Positions 56,008 to 64,000 of a DNA stretch of 64,000 bases are shown in pieces. Position 1 is the first letter of the stretch. The number at the start of each line of letters is the position of its first letter. The translations under genes were made by a program, and so were the position numbers. The notes below the pieces were generated by a model, which was not told where the DNA came from, ran no database searches, and was given only the letters and a program-made list of their open reading frames with translations. The stretch comes from Mycobacteriales bacterium (lineage in GTDB: Bacteria; Actinomycetota; Actinomycetes; JAFAQI01): NCBI GenBank assembly GCA_035550055.1, contig DASZRO010000092.1, positions 2,637-66,636 of the forward strand. The letters run 5' to 3'.

Positions 56008-56840
56008 AGCGCGCAAACGGTGCACGCCGGCGTGTCGTCGTCGCTATCCAAAGCAGACGACAAGACCTCAATCAGTGGAATGTTGCGACGGGACTGGCTC
56101 GCACGCTCCATCGCGGCACGGTGTCGTTCGAGAATCTCGTCGCGGCGTGCGAGAAGTTCGCTCAGTGTCTCACCGCCTGACCAGGTGTAGGCCCGACTGC
56201 GCATGGCGCGATCACCGAAGTCGGCGTCGCCGTCGACGCCCGCGTCTTTGAGCATCTTCTGCTCGATGGCGACTGCTCGCTCCCACAGCTCCGGGTGACG
56301 GTCATGCAGCCCGACCCATTCGGCCTTTCGCTGGTAGAAGCAGAAGTAGCACCCGGATCGGGTTCGCCATTCGTAATACAACGGCAGCCCGATACCGGCG
56401 TCGGACAGGATGCGCATCACGCCGTCGTGGTCGATGTCGTCGTCGAGGAACGGAAAGACCGCGGTGATGTTGGGTTTGGTGGAGACATAGCCTTTGCGGT
56501 TGCGTTCATCGCTGCGGATCGCGATGTAGGACGTCGCGGGGGCGTCGCCGATCCACTCTTCCAAGGGTTTGATTTTCATCTGGCGGGTGCACCACCGCAT
56601 TTGCGGCGATGGCAGCGTCCCGCGGTACACCTCGAACCAGTGATCGAACCCGCGTTGAGCGTTGATGCGTTCGATCGGCTTGCCGAGCGCGACTTCGAGG
56701 CGGTTCAGGAACTCGTAAGTCTCCGGCAGTTCGGCGCCGGTATCGCAGAAGAAGTATTCCAGGTCGGGCACTCGGTCGCGCAGGTAGATCGCGAGTGCGC
56801 TGGAATCCTTCCCCCCGGAGATTCCACAGACGTGTCTCAC
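56004..56840 (-). CDS. PAPS-reductase-like PP-loop ATP pyrophosphatase (SspD/DndC-like)
   Basis: PP-loop CGISGGKDSSALA. Conserved Cys (CDTG, WCTRQMKIKP). ATGA overlap with the upstream ATPase gene. Confidence 0.75.
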   Translation of the reverse strand: MRHVCGISGGKDSSALAIYLRDRVPDLEYFFCDTGAELPETYEFLNRLEVALGKPIERINAQRGFDHWFEVYRGTLPSPQMRWCTRQMKIKPLEEWIGDAPATSYIAIRSDERNRKGYVSTKPNITAVFPFLDDDIDHDGVMRILSDAGIGLPLYYEWRTRSGCYFCFYQRKAEWVGLHDRHPELWERAVAIEQKMLKDAGVDGDADFGDRAMRSRAYTWSGGETLSELLARRDEILERHRAAMERASQSRRNIPLIEVLSSALDSDDDTPACTVCAL

Positions 56841-59800
56841 TTGCGCACCCTTCGTGCGTTCACGTTCTTCTTGGTGGCGTCGGTAGCTGGCGTGGCAGCG
56901 CTCCCTGCAGTGTGCGTTTGCCGGCTGGCGAGCAGTGCGAGCACGGTGTCTTCAGCCAGGCCGTCGGAGCCGAGGCGGGTCGCGACACGGGCGATCAACG
57001 CGTCGACTTCCGTGGCGATGGCGATCCGCTGATGCTCATCGACCCACACAACGCGGGCGCTCTCCGCTCCGTCGGGCAGCGTCACCGTGACGCGCATGGC
57101 TTCGAAGCCGTCCTGCTGGCTGGCGAGATGATCGTGGTTGAGAGCTTCGAGGCGGCGGAACGTGCCGCCGATCTCTCGCAGGGCACTGAAGAACCCGACG
57201 CGGTCGTCGTCGGTCCACGTCTGCGGCGGCAGTTCCGAGACGGTCATCGCGACGTACTCGGTCCAGTTGTTGTCGTCGTCGCCGGTTTCGGATGTGATCG
57301 CCGACAGGAAGGCCCGCATCCGCGGCTGGATGACCTTGCCGACGAGCAAGGCTCCTCGCTCGGCGAGGTTCGCCCGCAGACGCTCGCGTGGCACTCCGCA
57401 CACGTCGCTGATGCGGCCGCGGATTTCGTCGAGGAGTGCGGGATACGAGTTCTGGATTTCGGTGACCGCCGCCACGATCTGATCGGTCAGCGCTGTTAAT
57501 TGCCGCGGGGTGTAGGACGCGCCGGGATCTAGGGGCGGCAGATCGAACGCGGCGGGGAGAGCGCGGAACAGCAGCTCGTCAGGCTCGGTCGCGGCTTCGA
57601 GCGCCTGCCGGAATCGCAGCGTCGCGTCGCTCAAGTGTCGGGTCTTGCGGATGTGCTCGGGAGCGACTGCGACGACCTGCATCAGTTGCGCCACGACGGC
57701 GAGGACGCCGCCGCTGCGGAAGCCGGTGCCGGTGAGCGTTGCGGGCAACCGCGCGGGGAGCTTTTCAATGAGGGCTTGTCGTCCGCCGGAGCGGCTCGCG
57801 AAGTGCTTGATCTGGAAGTGCGCGGGATTGCGGACGAGTCGTTCGAGAACCTCGGGAGTAACAGCGGGCCGGAACGTGCCGTGTTCGTAGAGGGCGACCT
57901 GTTCACCGTGGACGAGCAACGCCGCGGTGAACAGGACCGGCGCGAGTCCGGCGCGCAAGCCGTACGGGGGAGCGGCGAGCCGGTCGAACAGCTCATCGAG
58001 CGCCACTCGTCCCGTCGTCGCCTGGTTGAACGTGCGCACGATCGCGTCCCACACTGGCTTGTACCCGGAGCGCGACGTGGGCTGCGCGAACCGCCACGAG
58101 TCGCCGTCCTGACGGTGCATGCCCGTGTCGTTGAGAATCGCCTCGTACATCGCGCGCTCGGGGCCGAAGCCCTCGATGCCGAGCCGCGGCGCCTCGGCGT
58201 CGCTGAGCATCGCCTCCAGCAGCTCCCGGCGCGCCTTGGCGGCCTGCGAGGACAGCTCATGACGGTTGATCAAGTCGTTGCGGACCCGTGGCGCCTTGGA
58301 GTAGACGTCGTCCGCTACCCACGACAGCGCGGCCGAGCCCGCTGGGGCGTCGATCACCGTTGACTGCCCGTTATCGCCGAGCAGGGACCAGCGATTGCCC
58401 TTCGCAGCGGGTCCGAAGACGGATTCGAAGGCGGCGTCGAGGGTCGTGACCGCTTCGGCGAGCCGCTCCTCGAGTTCCCGCTGAGCGACCCAGTCGATGC
58501 CAGCGACGGGATCGTTGCTGCTGAGCACGTCGCCGAGCGCAGCCGCCTCGATCGCGGCCTCCGTGACCGCGCCGACGTTGCGTGCGGTGACGATGACGAC
58601 AGGCTTGGCGCTTGCGCGGCTTTCGATGACGTCGCGCGGGAGCGGGCTGAGGGCATAGAGAACGCTTCCGTCGCAGCGGTCGGCCGACGTCGCGGGGGTG
58701 ACACGGCTTTGCCCGTCGACCCAGTGCCGGGTGAAGGTGCGCAGCGTCCCCGTCTCGTGACTGTGACGGCCGGCGACGAGCGGAGGCAGCGGACGAATGC
58801 GTTCGAGCAGCGTGGCGACGGACTCGCCGCGCAGCCGGCGCCGCGCCTGGTCGATGGCGTTCTTGAGGTCGAAGTCGCTGCCTTGCCAGACCCGGTACTC
58901 ATCGGCAAAGTCGCGGAAGGTGATCAGACCGAGCGCTTCGAGCTCTTTCAGGCGACGTTCCACCGCCTTGGCGTCTTGCGTTCCCGGCGCGCCGTCCGCA
59001 GCGGACCACGCGACGATCTGTTTCGACGCGCGCAGCGCGCCGCCCGACGCGACGAGGTTGAGCAGACCGACTGTGCGCACGACACGACGCTGCGCGGCGT
59101 CGAGCCCGTGGGCATCCCGGATTCGGGTGTCGACCTCCAGCCAGCGGCTCGCTGCGCTCGACACGGAGGCGAGGGTCGAAGCGGACTCGAGGAAGTAGCC
59201 GTAGAGGCGGTCGAGTCGCACGCACGGCAGCTCATCGTCGCCCGCGGGAAGGGCCGTGTCCTTCAACCAGGAGTGAATGCCTTTCGGCTCGCTGCCGGCC
59301 AGGAACGAAAACAGCGTGCGTTCGTTCTGTCCGTAGCGTTGGCACAGTTCAGGGAGCACGAGCAGCGCGAGAGGATGTAGGGGCCAAGTGCGTGCGAGAA
59401 CCGCGTCGTCCGCAAGGTCACCGAGCCCGGCAAGCCTCGCGCGTGCCGCCTGATCGGCGGCCCAGCGAGCCGTTCGCTGCGTGAACGCGCGGTTGGAAGA
59501 GTCGTTGAACGCCGCAGCGATCAGGGTCCGTGTTTGCGCCGGACTGTCAACGAACGGAACGTCTTCGAAGCGTCCCTGGATCTTCGCCCATTCGCGGCGA
59601 TGCGCAGCGGTCGCTCCTAGCGCGTAGTCGTCGAATGCCATGTGCTGCATCGTCACGAGGACGAGCGGAAGCGCCCGCTCGCCCCGAGTCCATTCCGCGA
59701 GGTCCTGCAGTAGGAACAGATCGGCGTCGCTGCGCGAGTCGGCGAATGCTTCGAGGTTCTTGCCGAACTCGTCGATGACAATCAGCACCGGCGCTGCCTC

Positions 59801-60382
59801 GGTCATCGTCTGCAAGCACGCCTTGATCTCACGCGCCTCGATGTGACGGGGCGTGCCTGCCGTCGCTTGCCGCTGGAGTTGGTCGAGGCGTCGACCCAAG
59901 CCGGCGAACTCCGCGCGCTGCGTTCGCGCCGGGAACCGTTCGATGCCGGAGCGCAAGGCTCGCACAACCGTCAGAGCGACCGGCTCGCGTTGTGCGGTGA
60001 CGAGGCAGCGGATGAAGCCGTCCCGGTCCGCATTCATGTCGCGGCGCGCGGCCACGAGCAGGCGGGCCGTGTCCGGGTCGGCGTTGAAGAGCAGGTCGTC
60101 AGCGGCAACGCGTGCGCGATCGCCGGTAGGTCCGAGCAACGCGTCGATGAGGATGGCGAGGCTGGACTTGCCAGAACCGTAGGGCCCGGTCACGGAAAGC
60201 GCGCGTTCGACGTCGTTGCGGCTCAAGCTGACGGCGAGCCGGTGGACGGTGTCGATGGCACGCGCGACCGGGAGATAGCTTTCGATCGACTCGCTGCCCG
60301 CGTCACGCTCGACGTTGATCGACCGTGCGAACCGTGGCTTCGGCGCGCGGAAGTCCAGCATCGAATGCTTGGCGGGGGTCAT
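56837..60382 (-). CDS. large P-loop ATPase, BrxC/PglY-like (DUF499-type), SspC-like
   Basis: 1181 aa. Walker A VTGPYGSGKSSLA near the N-terminus and Walker B LIVIDEFGKN. The size and layout match BREX BrxC-type proteins as I recall them. ATGA overlap with the DUF4007 gene stop (start at 60382, inside the 60589 ORF). Confidence 0.65.
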   Translation of the reverse strand: MTPAKHSMLDFRAPKPRFARSINVERDAGSESIESYLPVARAIDTVHRLAVSLSRNDVERALSVTGPYGSGKSSLAILIDALLGPTGDRARVAADDLLFNADPDTARLLVAARRDMNADRDGFIRCLVTAQREPVALTVVRALRSGIERFPARTQRAEFAGLGRRLDQLQRQATAGTPRHIEAREIKACLQTMTEAAPVLIVIDEFGKNLEAFADSRSDADLFLLQDLAEWTRGERALPLVLVTMQHMAFDDYALGATAAHRREWAKIQGRFEDVPFVDSPAQTRTLIAAAFNDSSNRAFTQRTARWAADQAARARLAGLGDLADDAVLARTWPLHPLALLVLPELCQRYGQNERTLFSFLAGSEPKGIHSWLKDTALPAGDDELPCVRLDRLYGYFLESASTLASVSSAASRWLEVDTRIRDAHGLDAAQRRVVRTVGLLNLVASGGALRASKQIVAWSAADGAPGTQDAKAVERRLKELEALGLITFRDFADEYRVWQGSDFDLKNAIDQARRRLRGESVATLLERIRPLPPLVAGRHSHETGTLRTFTRHWVDGQSRVTPATSADRCDGSVLYALSPLPRDVIESRASAKPVVIVTARNVGAVTEAAIEAAALGDVLSSNDPVAGIDWVAQRELEERLAEAVTTLDAAFESVFGPAAKGNRWSLLGDNGQSTVIDAPAGSAALSWVADDVYSKAPRVRNDLINRHELSSQAAKARRELLEAMLSDAEAPRLGIEGFGPERAMYEAILNDTGMHRQDGDSWRFAQPTSRSGYKPVWDAIVRTFNQATTGRVALDELFDRLAAPPYGLRAGLAPVLFTAALLVHGEQVALYEHGTFRPAVTPEVLERLVRNPAHFQIKHFASRSGGRQALIEKLPARLPATLTGTGFRSGGVLAVVAQLMQVVAVAPEHIRKTRHLSDATLRFRQALEAATEPDELLFRALPAAFDLPPLDPGASYTPRQLTALTDQIVAAVTEIQNSYPALLDEIRGRISDVCGVPRERLRANLAERGALLVGKVIQPRMRAFLSAITSETGDDDNNWTEYVAMTVSELPPQTWTDDDRVGFFSALREIGGTFRRLEALNHDHLASQQDGFEAMRVTVTLPDGAESARVVWVDEHQRIAIATEVDALIARVATRLGSDGLAEDTVLALLASRQTHTAGSAATPATDATKKNVNARRVRK

Positions 60383-61419
60383 CCTGCCACCTTCGCCTTG
60401 CCGCGGCTCGAACTCGCCGTGACGATGCTCGCGGGTTCGTCGCCGGCGGTTCCCGCGATTGGCGTCTCCGCCGGTTGCGCGTCCGGGTTTACGTGGAGGT
60501 AGTGCGCGTGCAGAACCTTGGTCGCGATCGCGGCCGGATCGCCGTCGAACGTCAGCTGGGTGACGCCAGTCGTCGTGATGAGCCGGCACCGGGGGCCGCT
60601 GAGGGGCAGCGCCTGTTCGATGTGTTCAATCAGGGACTGTTCGCTGATTCGGAATGCACGGCCCGGTCCGCCAGGCTCGGTCGCCAGTCGCGACATCGTC
60701 ACGGTCCGCGCGGTCGTGTCGGTTCGGGCGACGAAATCCAACGCGGCGAAGAGCACGACCGCGGACGGCAGGCCGGGTTTGCGCGACGAGACGAATCGGT
60801 AGCGGCGCCTGCCCGTGCCGGGGCGCAGCAGGCCGAGTTCGCGGAACGGGCAATCAACCAGGTCATCGGAGGTTGGCCGGCCACCTTCGGCTTCGGCCGT
60901 ATACATCCGGAGCAGGCAGTCGATGTCCTTCTTCAACGAGCCGGAGTGCACGTCGTCCCAGTCGCTGACGCCATCGACGAATTCGGAGACGAACGCTCGC
61001 AGATCGTCGTCGCCGAAGTCCAGCGCAGGAAATTCGTGGAACGTCACCCACCATGCGGGCGCGAGTGACGGCGGCGCCAACAGCCACCAGTGGAGCAGCC
61101 ACAGCGTGGCCCGGTCCTCGCAATACGGATCCCAGCCGTCGCCACCGAACAGCGTGACGCCGATGCGCGAGGGCACAGTTTTGGGCATGCGCAGGCGTTC
61201 TGGATCGGCTTCCTGGGTCAGCAGCTTGGTCGCGAGACCCCAGAACCTGATCGAGCGCACCATGTTCTTGCCAACACCGAGTTGGACAACGGCGTCGTCT
61301 CGCGTGAACATGCGCGGGTCGGCGGTCGCGCCGTCCACGGCCTTCTTCATCCACCCATACCTAGGGTGAAATGATTCGTGCCGCGCGAAAGCGGGAGTCG
61401 CGCTTGCCTCGAGTCTCAT
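60379..61419 (-). CDS. DUF4007 family protein (SspB-like)
   Basis: N-terminal FARHESFHPRYGWMKKA, the signature I associate with DUF4007/SspB. Its start overlaps the cysteine desulfurase stop by 4 nt. The true start is an internal Met of the 61575 ORF. Confidence 0.65.
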   Translation of the reverse strand: MRLEASATPAFARHESFHPRYGWMKKAVDGATADPRMFTRDDAVVQLGVGKNMVRSIRFWGLATKLLTQEADPERLRMPKTVPSRIGVTLFGGDGWDPYCEDRATLWLLHWWLLAPPSLAPAWWVTFHEFPALDFGDDDLRAFVSEFVDGVSDWDDVHSGSLKKDIDCLLRMYTAEAEGGRPTSDDLVDCPFRELGLLRPGTGRRRYRFVSSRKPGLPSAVVLFAALDFVARTDTTARTVTMSRLATEPGGPGRAFRISEQSLIEHIEQALPLSGPRCRLITTTGVTQLTFDGDPAAIATKVLHAHYLHVNPDAQPAETPIAGTAGDEPASIVTASSSRGKAKVAG

Positions 61420-62633
61420 GCCAACGCGCCGGCGGGCGTCGTCGCGGCCGTGGCATCGGTCGGGATGTCCGGGTGCGTGAGATCCCGGACCCGGTTCACC
61501 GCGGCCGCGAGGAGCGCCGCCGCCTCGGCGATCTCGGATCGCGTGGTCGGTCGGCCGACGCTGATGCGCACGCACTCGGATGCGGCTTCGTCGTCAGCGA
61601 GCATCGCGCGCAGGACATGCGACGGTCCGGGAACGCTCGAGGTGCACGCGCTGCCCGACGACAGCGCGAGCGTCGGCGCGTTAGCTATAACGGCGTCCGC
61701 GTCGGCTCCGGCGAATCGCCAGTTCCGGGTGTTGGCGAGTCGCGGTGGGCCGGCTGCTCCGGATGACGGCGAGACGATGTCGATCGGCGCGCATCCGGCG
61801 ATCACGAGTTTGTCGTGCAGATGGTCGATCAGCTCAGCGAAATGCTGGACGTCGGCCGCCAGCCGCGTCCTCGCGATGGCGGCAGCAGCGCCCATGCCCA
61901 CGATGGCGGGGACGTTGAGCGTGCCCGGTCGCAGTCCGCGCTCGTGGCCGCCTCCGTGCATCAGCGGCTCGATGCGGATGCCGCGGCGGATATACAGCGC
62001 GCCGACGCCCTTGGGGCCATACATCTTGTGACCGCTGAAGGACGCCATATCGACGTCGAGCGCGTCGAGGTCGATCGCGAGCCTGCCTGCCGCCTGCGTC
62101 GCGTCGGTGTGGGTGATCGCACCCGCCTGGTGGGCGAGTTCGTTGATGCGGGCGAGTGGCTGGATGACCCCGGATTCGTTGTTGGCGAGCATCACGGTCA
62201 CGAGACCAATGTCGTCCCCGAGTGTCGCCGCGAGTTGATCAAGGTCGAGCAGCCCGTCCGGGGCGACCGGAAGAAGCTCGATCTTGTAACCGTGATCTTG
62301 GGCCCAGGTCAGCGGTTCCAGCACCGCCTTGTGCTCCGTCAGGGGAGCAATGATCCGACGCCGATTGTCCGGCAATGCGGAGAGCGCGCCGAGAAGCGCA
62401 AGGTTGTTCGCCTCGGTGGCACCTGACGTGAAGACGATCTCGCCCGGGCGCGCACCGACGAGCTCAGCCAGCCGTGCGCGCGCGTCGTCGACCGCGGCGT
62501 GCGCCATTCGGCCCGGTAGATGATGACTCGCCGGGTTCGCGAACGCGCTGGTCAGCCACGGCTGCATGACGTCCAGCACAGCGCCGTCGATGGGCGTGCT
62601 GGCGTTGTAGTCGAGGTAGATCGCGTCACGCAC
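61416..62633 (-). CDS. cysteine desulfurase (class V aminotransferase; SspA/DndA/IscS-like)
   Basis: AIYLDYNASTP, TSGATEANNLAL, PLP-Lys motif SFSGHKMYGPKGVGALY, catalytic Cys loop SSGSACTS. GTG start near 62633. Confidence 0.8.
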   Translation of the reverse strand: MRDAIYLDYNASTPIDGAVLDVMQPWLTSAFANPASHHLPGRMAHAAVDDARARLAELVGARPGEIVFTSGATEANNLALLGALSALPDNRRRIIAPLTEHKAVLEPLTWAQDHGYKIELLPVAPDGLLDLDQLAATLGDDIGLVTVMLANNESGVIQPLARINELAHQAGAITHTDATQAAGRLAIDLDALDVDMASFSGHKMYGPKGVGALYIRRGIRIEPLMHGGGHERGLRPGTLNVPAIVGMGAAAAIARTRLAADVQHFAELIDHLHDKLVIAGCAPIDIVSPSSGAAGPPRLANTRNWRFAGADADAVIANAPTLALSSGSACTSSVPGPSHVLRAMLADDEAASECVRISVGRPTTRSEIAEAAALLAAAVNRVRDLTHPDIPTDATAATTPAGALA

Positions 62634-62908
62634 GGAGATGGCCCCAGTTCGGTGTCGTGTGGTGTCCACCGTATGGCGTGGATGCGACAGAAAGCACCCC
62701 CGACATGCGACCTGGGGATGCGGGTCGGTCAGCCGAGTAGGCACAAGATCACGGACCTCCTTCATCTGCCGGCGATGAGCGGGCGGCACGGCAGACCTGC
62801 TCTGCCAGTCCTGCAATTACGCGTGGCAGGCCTCGGACGACGGCACGCCCGGCACAAGCTGGGAAGCCAGAGAGTCCGCTGGAGCTTCTCGCCTCGAGCG
62901 GGAGTCCG

Positions 62909-63079
62909 CTATGTCCGATGTCGCTCACGGGGCTCCGCGCCAAGCAGCGCCGTGACTTGGGCCAGCGGGATTAGTAGTCGCCGGCCTATCCGGACTGCAG
63001 GTAGTTCACCACTACGCACCGCCCGGAATGCGGAGTTGCGCGAGATGCCGAGCACTTGCGCGGCCTCCTCGACGGTCAT
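62909..63079 (-). CDS. excisionase-family helix-turn-helix DNA-binding protein
   Basis: MTVEEAAQVLGISRNSAFRAVRSGELPAVRIGRRLLIP matches the Xis/MerR-type HTH_17 pattern. Confidence 0.55.
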   Translation of the reverse strand: MTVEEAAQVLGISRNSAFRAVRSGELPAVRIGRRLLIPLAQVTALLGAEPRERHRT

Positions 63080-63296
63080 CGTTAGACGCTCAGGGCCGGC
63101 CATGCGCGGTCACTCCTTACGTATGAGTCAGTCGTCGACGAGGAATCACAGTTGGCTGACGCCCCCGGGGCGTCCCCCAGGAGGTCCCGTACCGATTGCG
63201 TGACCGCGGCCGTGTCCATCGGAACAGTGGGGCGCTCGAGCAGACCCTGCGCCTCCGACGCCGGCGTCGCGAGTGCGGTGCCAGCGGTGGGCGCGC

Positions 63297-63686
63297 TCAT
63301 CGGCCGCGCGCCACTACCGCGTCACCGCGCGACGCATCACATCTGACATGCGATGGCGGAAGGTCCGGGTCGGGCGGCCAGGTCGGTTGGCGCAGCAGCA
63401 CCTGCCGGTCGCGGAAGACACGTTCGGCGTCGGCGACACCGAACCCGGCGTCGATGAGGGTTTCCATGGCGGCGCGGGGGGCCTCGCCGGGGTAGCCGGC
63501 GGTCAGGCCGGACAGGAACATCCGGTTGCCTTGGTCGTCGCGCAGCTCGAAACAGTACGGGTAGTGCTCGGACAGTCCTGGGAAGCTGATCTCGGCGGCG
63601 ATGATGGTGCCGAGTTCGTGGCGGTGGTCGCGGTAGTAGGCGATCGAGCCGGCGGGGTTGCCGTCGCCGCTGTCGAAGTAGTTCAT
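63297..63686 (-). CDS. hypothetical protein
   Basis: The N-terminal ~100 aa are protein-like. The C-terminal part is Arg/Pro-rich and may be an over-extension. Confidence 0.3.
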   Translation of the reverse strand: MNYFDSGDGNPAGSIAYYRDHRHELGTIIAAEISFPGLSEHYPYCFELRDDQGNRMFLSGLTAGYPGEAPRAAMETLIDAGFGVADAERVFRDRQVLLRQPTWPPDPDLPPSHVRCDASRGDAVVARGR

Positions 63687-63870
63687 GGTTGGTCCTTCCG
63701 CCAGATTGATGTGCTGCCGGAGGGATCACACGTCGGGGGTGTACCCCGAGACGTACCGGTTTGCGTACCGCTCGGCGTACCACCGCGAGGGATCCGCTGC
63801 CCTCAAGGTCAGTGGACGGGTTCCGGCCTGGCCCGTCCCGTCGGGTGGACCAGGCCGGGCCGCGTCGGTG

Positions 63871-64000
63871 TCAGGTGAAGCTGGTGGTGACGTGCAGCCC
63901 TCGGGTGCGCAGGGTGGCGGCGAGGCGCCGGAGCTCGGATTCGAGGACGTCACACTGAGCGGCGACCGCAACGGCGCTGAGGTTGGCCGGGCCACGCAGC
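63871..64000 (-). CDS. 3' end of an unannotated minus-strand gene continuing beyond the window (…CDVLESELRRLAATLRTRGLHVTTSFT*)
   Basis: Open frame to the window edge with protein-like composition. Not in the ORF track because no start lies inside the window. Confidence 0.25.
   Translation of the reverse strand, partial: LRGPANLSAVAVAAQCDVLESELRRLAATLRTRGLHVTTSFT

Larger units (their letters stand above)
46428..64000. mobile_element. putative tRNA-Met-associated genomic island (defence island), right end beyond window
   Basis: Begins at the tRNA 3' flank. Lower-GC cargo genes. Excisionase-family HTH gene at 62909..63079. Phosphorothioation/defence operon. No integrase seen inside the window. 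Confidence 0.45.

Noticed and set aside
63726-63995. ORFs 63726..63995(-) and 63761..63958(+)
   Set aside because: Pro/Ser/Arg-rich low-complexity translations. A different minus frame ending at 63871 looks more protein-like, so these were not called.

Overview
This is a high-GC (about 70%+) actinobacterial chromosomal window. The first ~46 kb looks like conserved core genome. It contains tag with folP and gpgS, the iron regulator ideR, folE, gltA, and an OmpR/histidine-kinase pair next to a MacAB-like ABC exporter with two membrane-fusion adaptors. It also contains a block resembling the mycobacterial Rv3193c to Rv3208A neighbourhood: UPF0182, PDZ/Lon-S16, DUF2342, DUF45, a ThiF-like protein and DUF5679. 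Next come an S8 protease carrying a C-terminal AWNAS repeat array and a GGDEF-EAL protein. Two other stretches stand out. (1) At 17.5 to 24.5 kb sits an operon of six type IV pilin-like genes arranged as two tandem paralogous triplets: a large pilin with a G|xTLVE class-III signal, a pseudopilin, and a PilX-N-like protein. No ATPase or prepilin peptidase lies nearby. (2) From the initiator-like tRNA-Met at 46.43 kb to the window end there appears to be a tRNA-associated genomic island. It carries an excisionase-family HTH gene and SAM-methyltransferase cargo. Its core is a tightly translationally coupled 8-gene minus-strand operon (62.6 to 51.05 kb). That operon encodes an SspABCD-like DNA phosphorothioation module: cysteine desulfurase, DUF4007, a BrxC-like ~1180-aa P-loop ATPase and a PAPS-reductase-like PP-loop protein. 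The module is fused in-operon to four uncharacterised downstream genes: a PLD-nuclease/SF2-helicase fusion, a 71-aa ORF, an SMC/DndD-like ATPase with a C-terminal Cys cluster, and a 141-aa protein. Together these do not match the SspE domain architecture as I recall it. This is the best candidate for an undescribed phosphorothioate-based defence system. Several unusual non-coding elements are noted: a 28-bp perfect inverted repeat, paired covarying hairpins flanking a DUF559-like gene, a C10 homopolymer, and palindromic operator-like sites.
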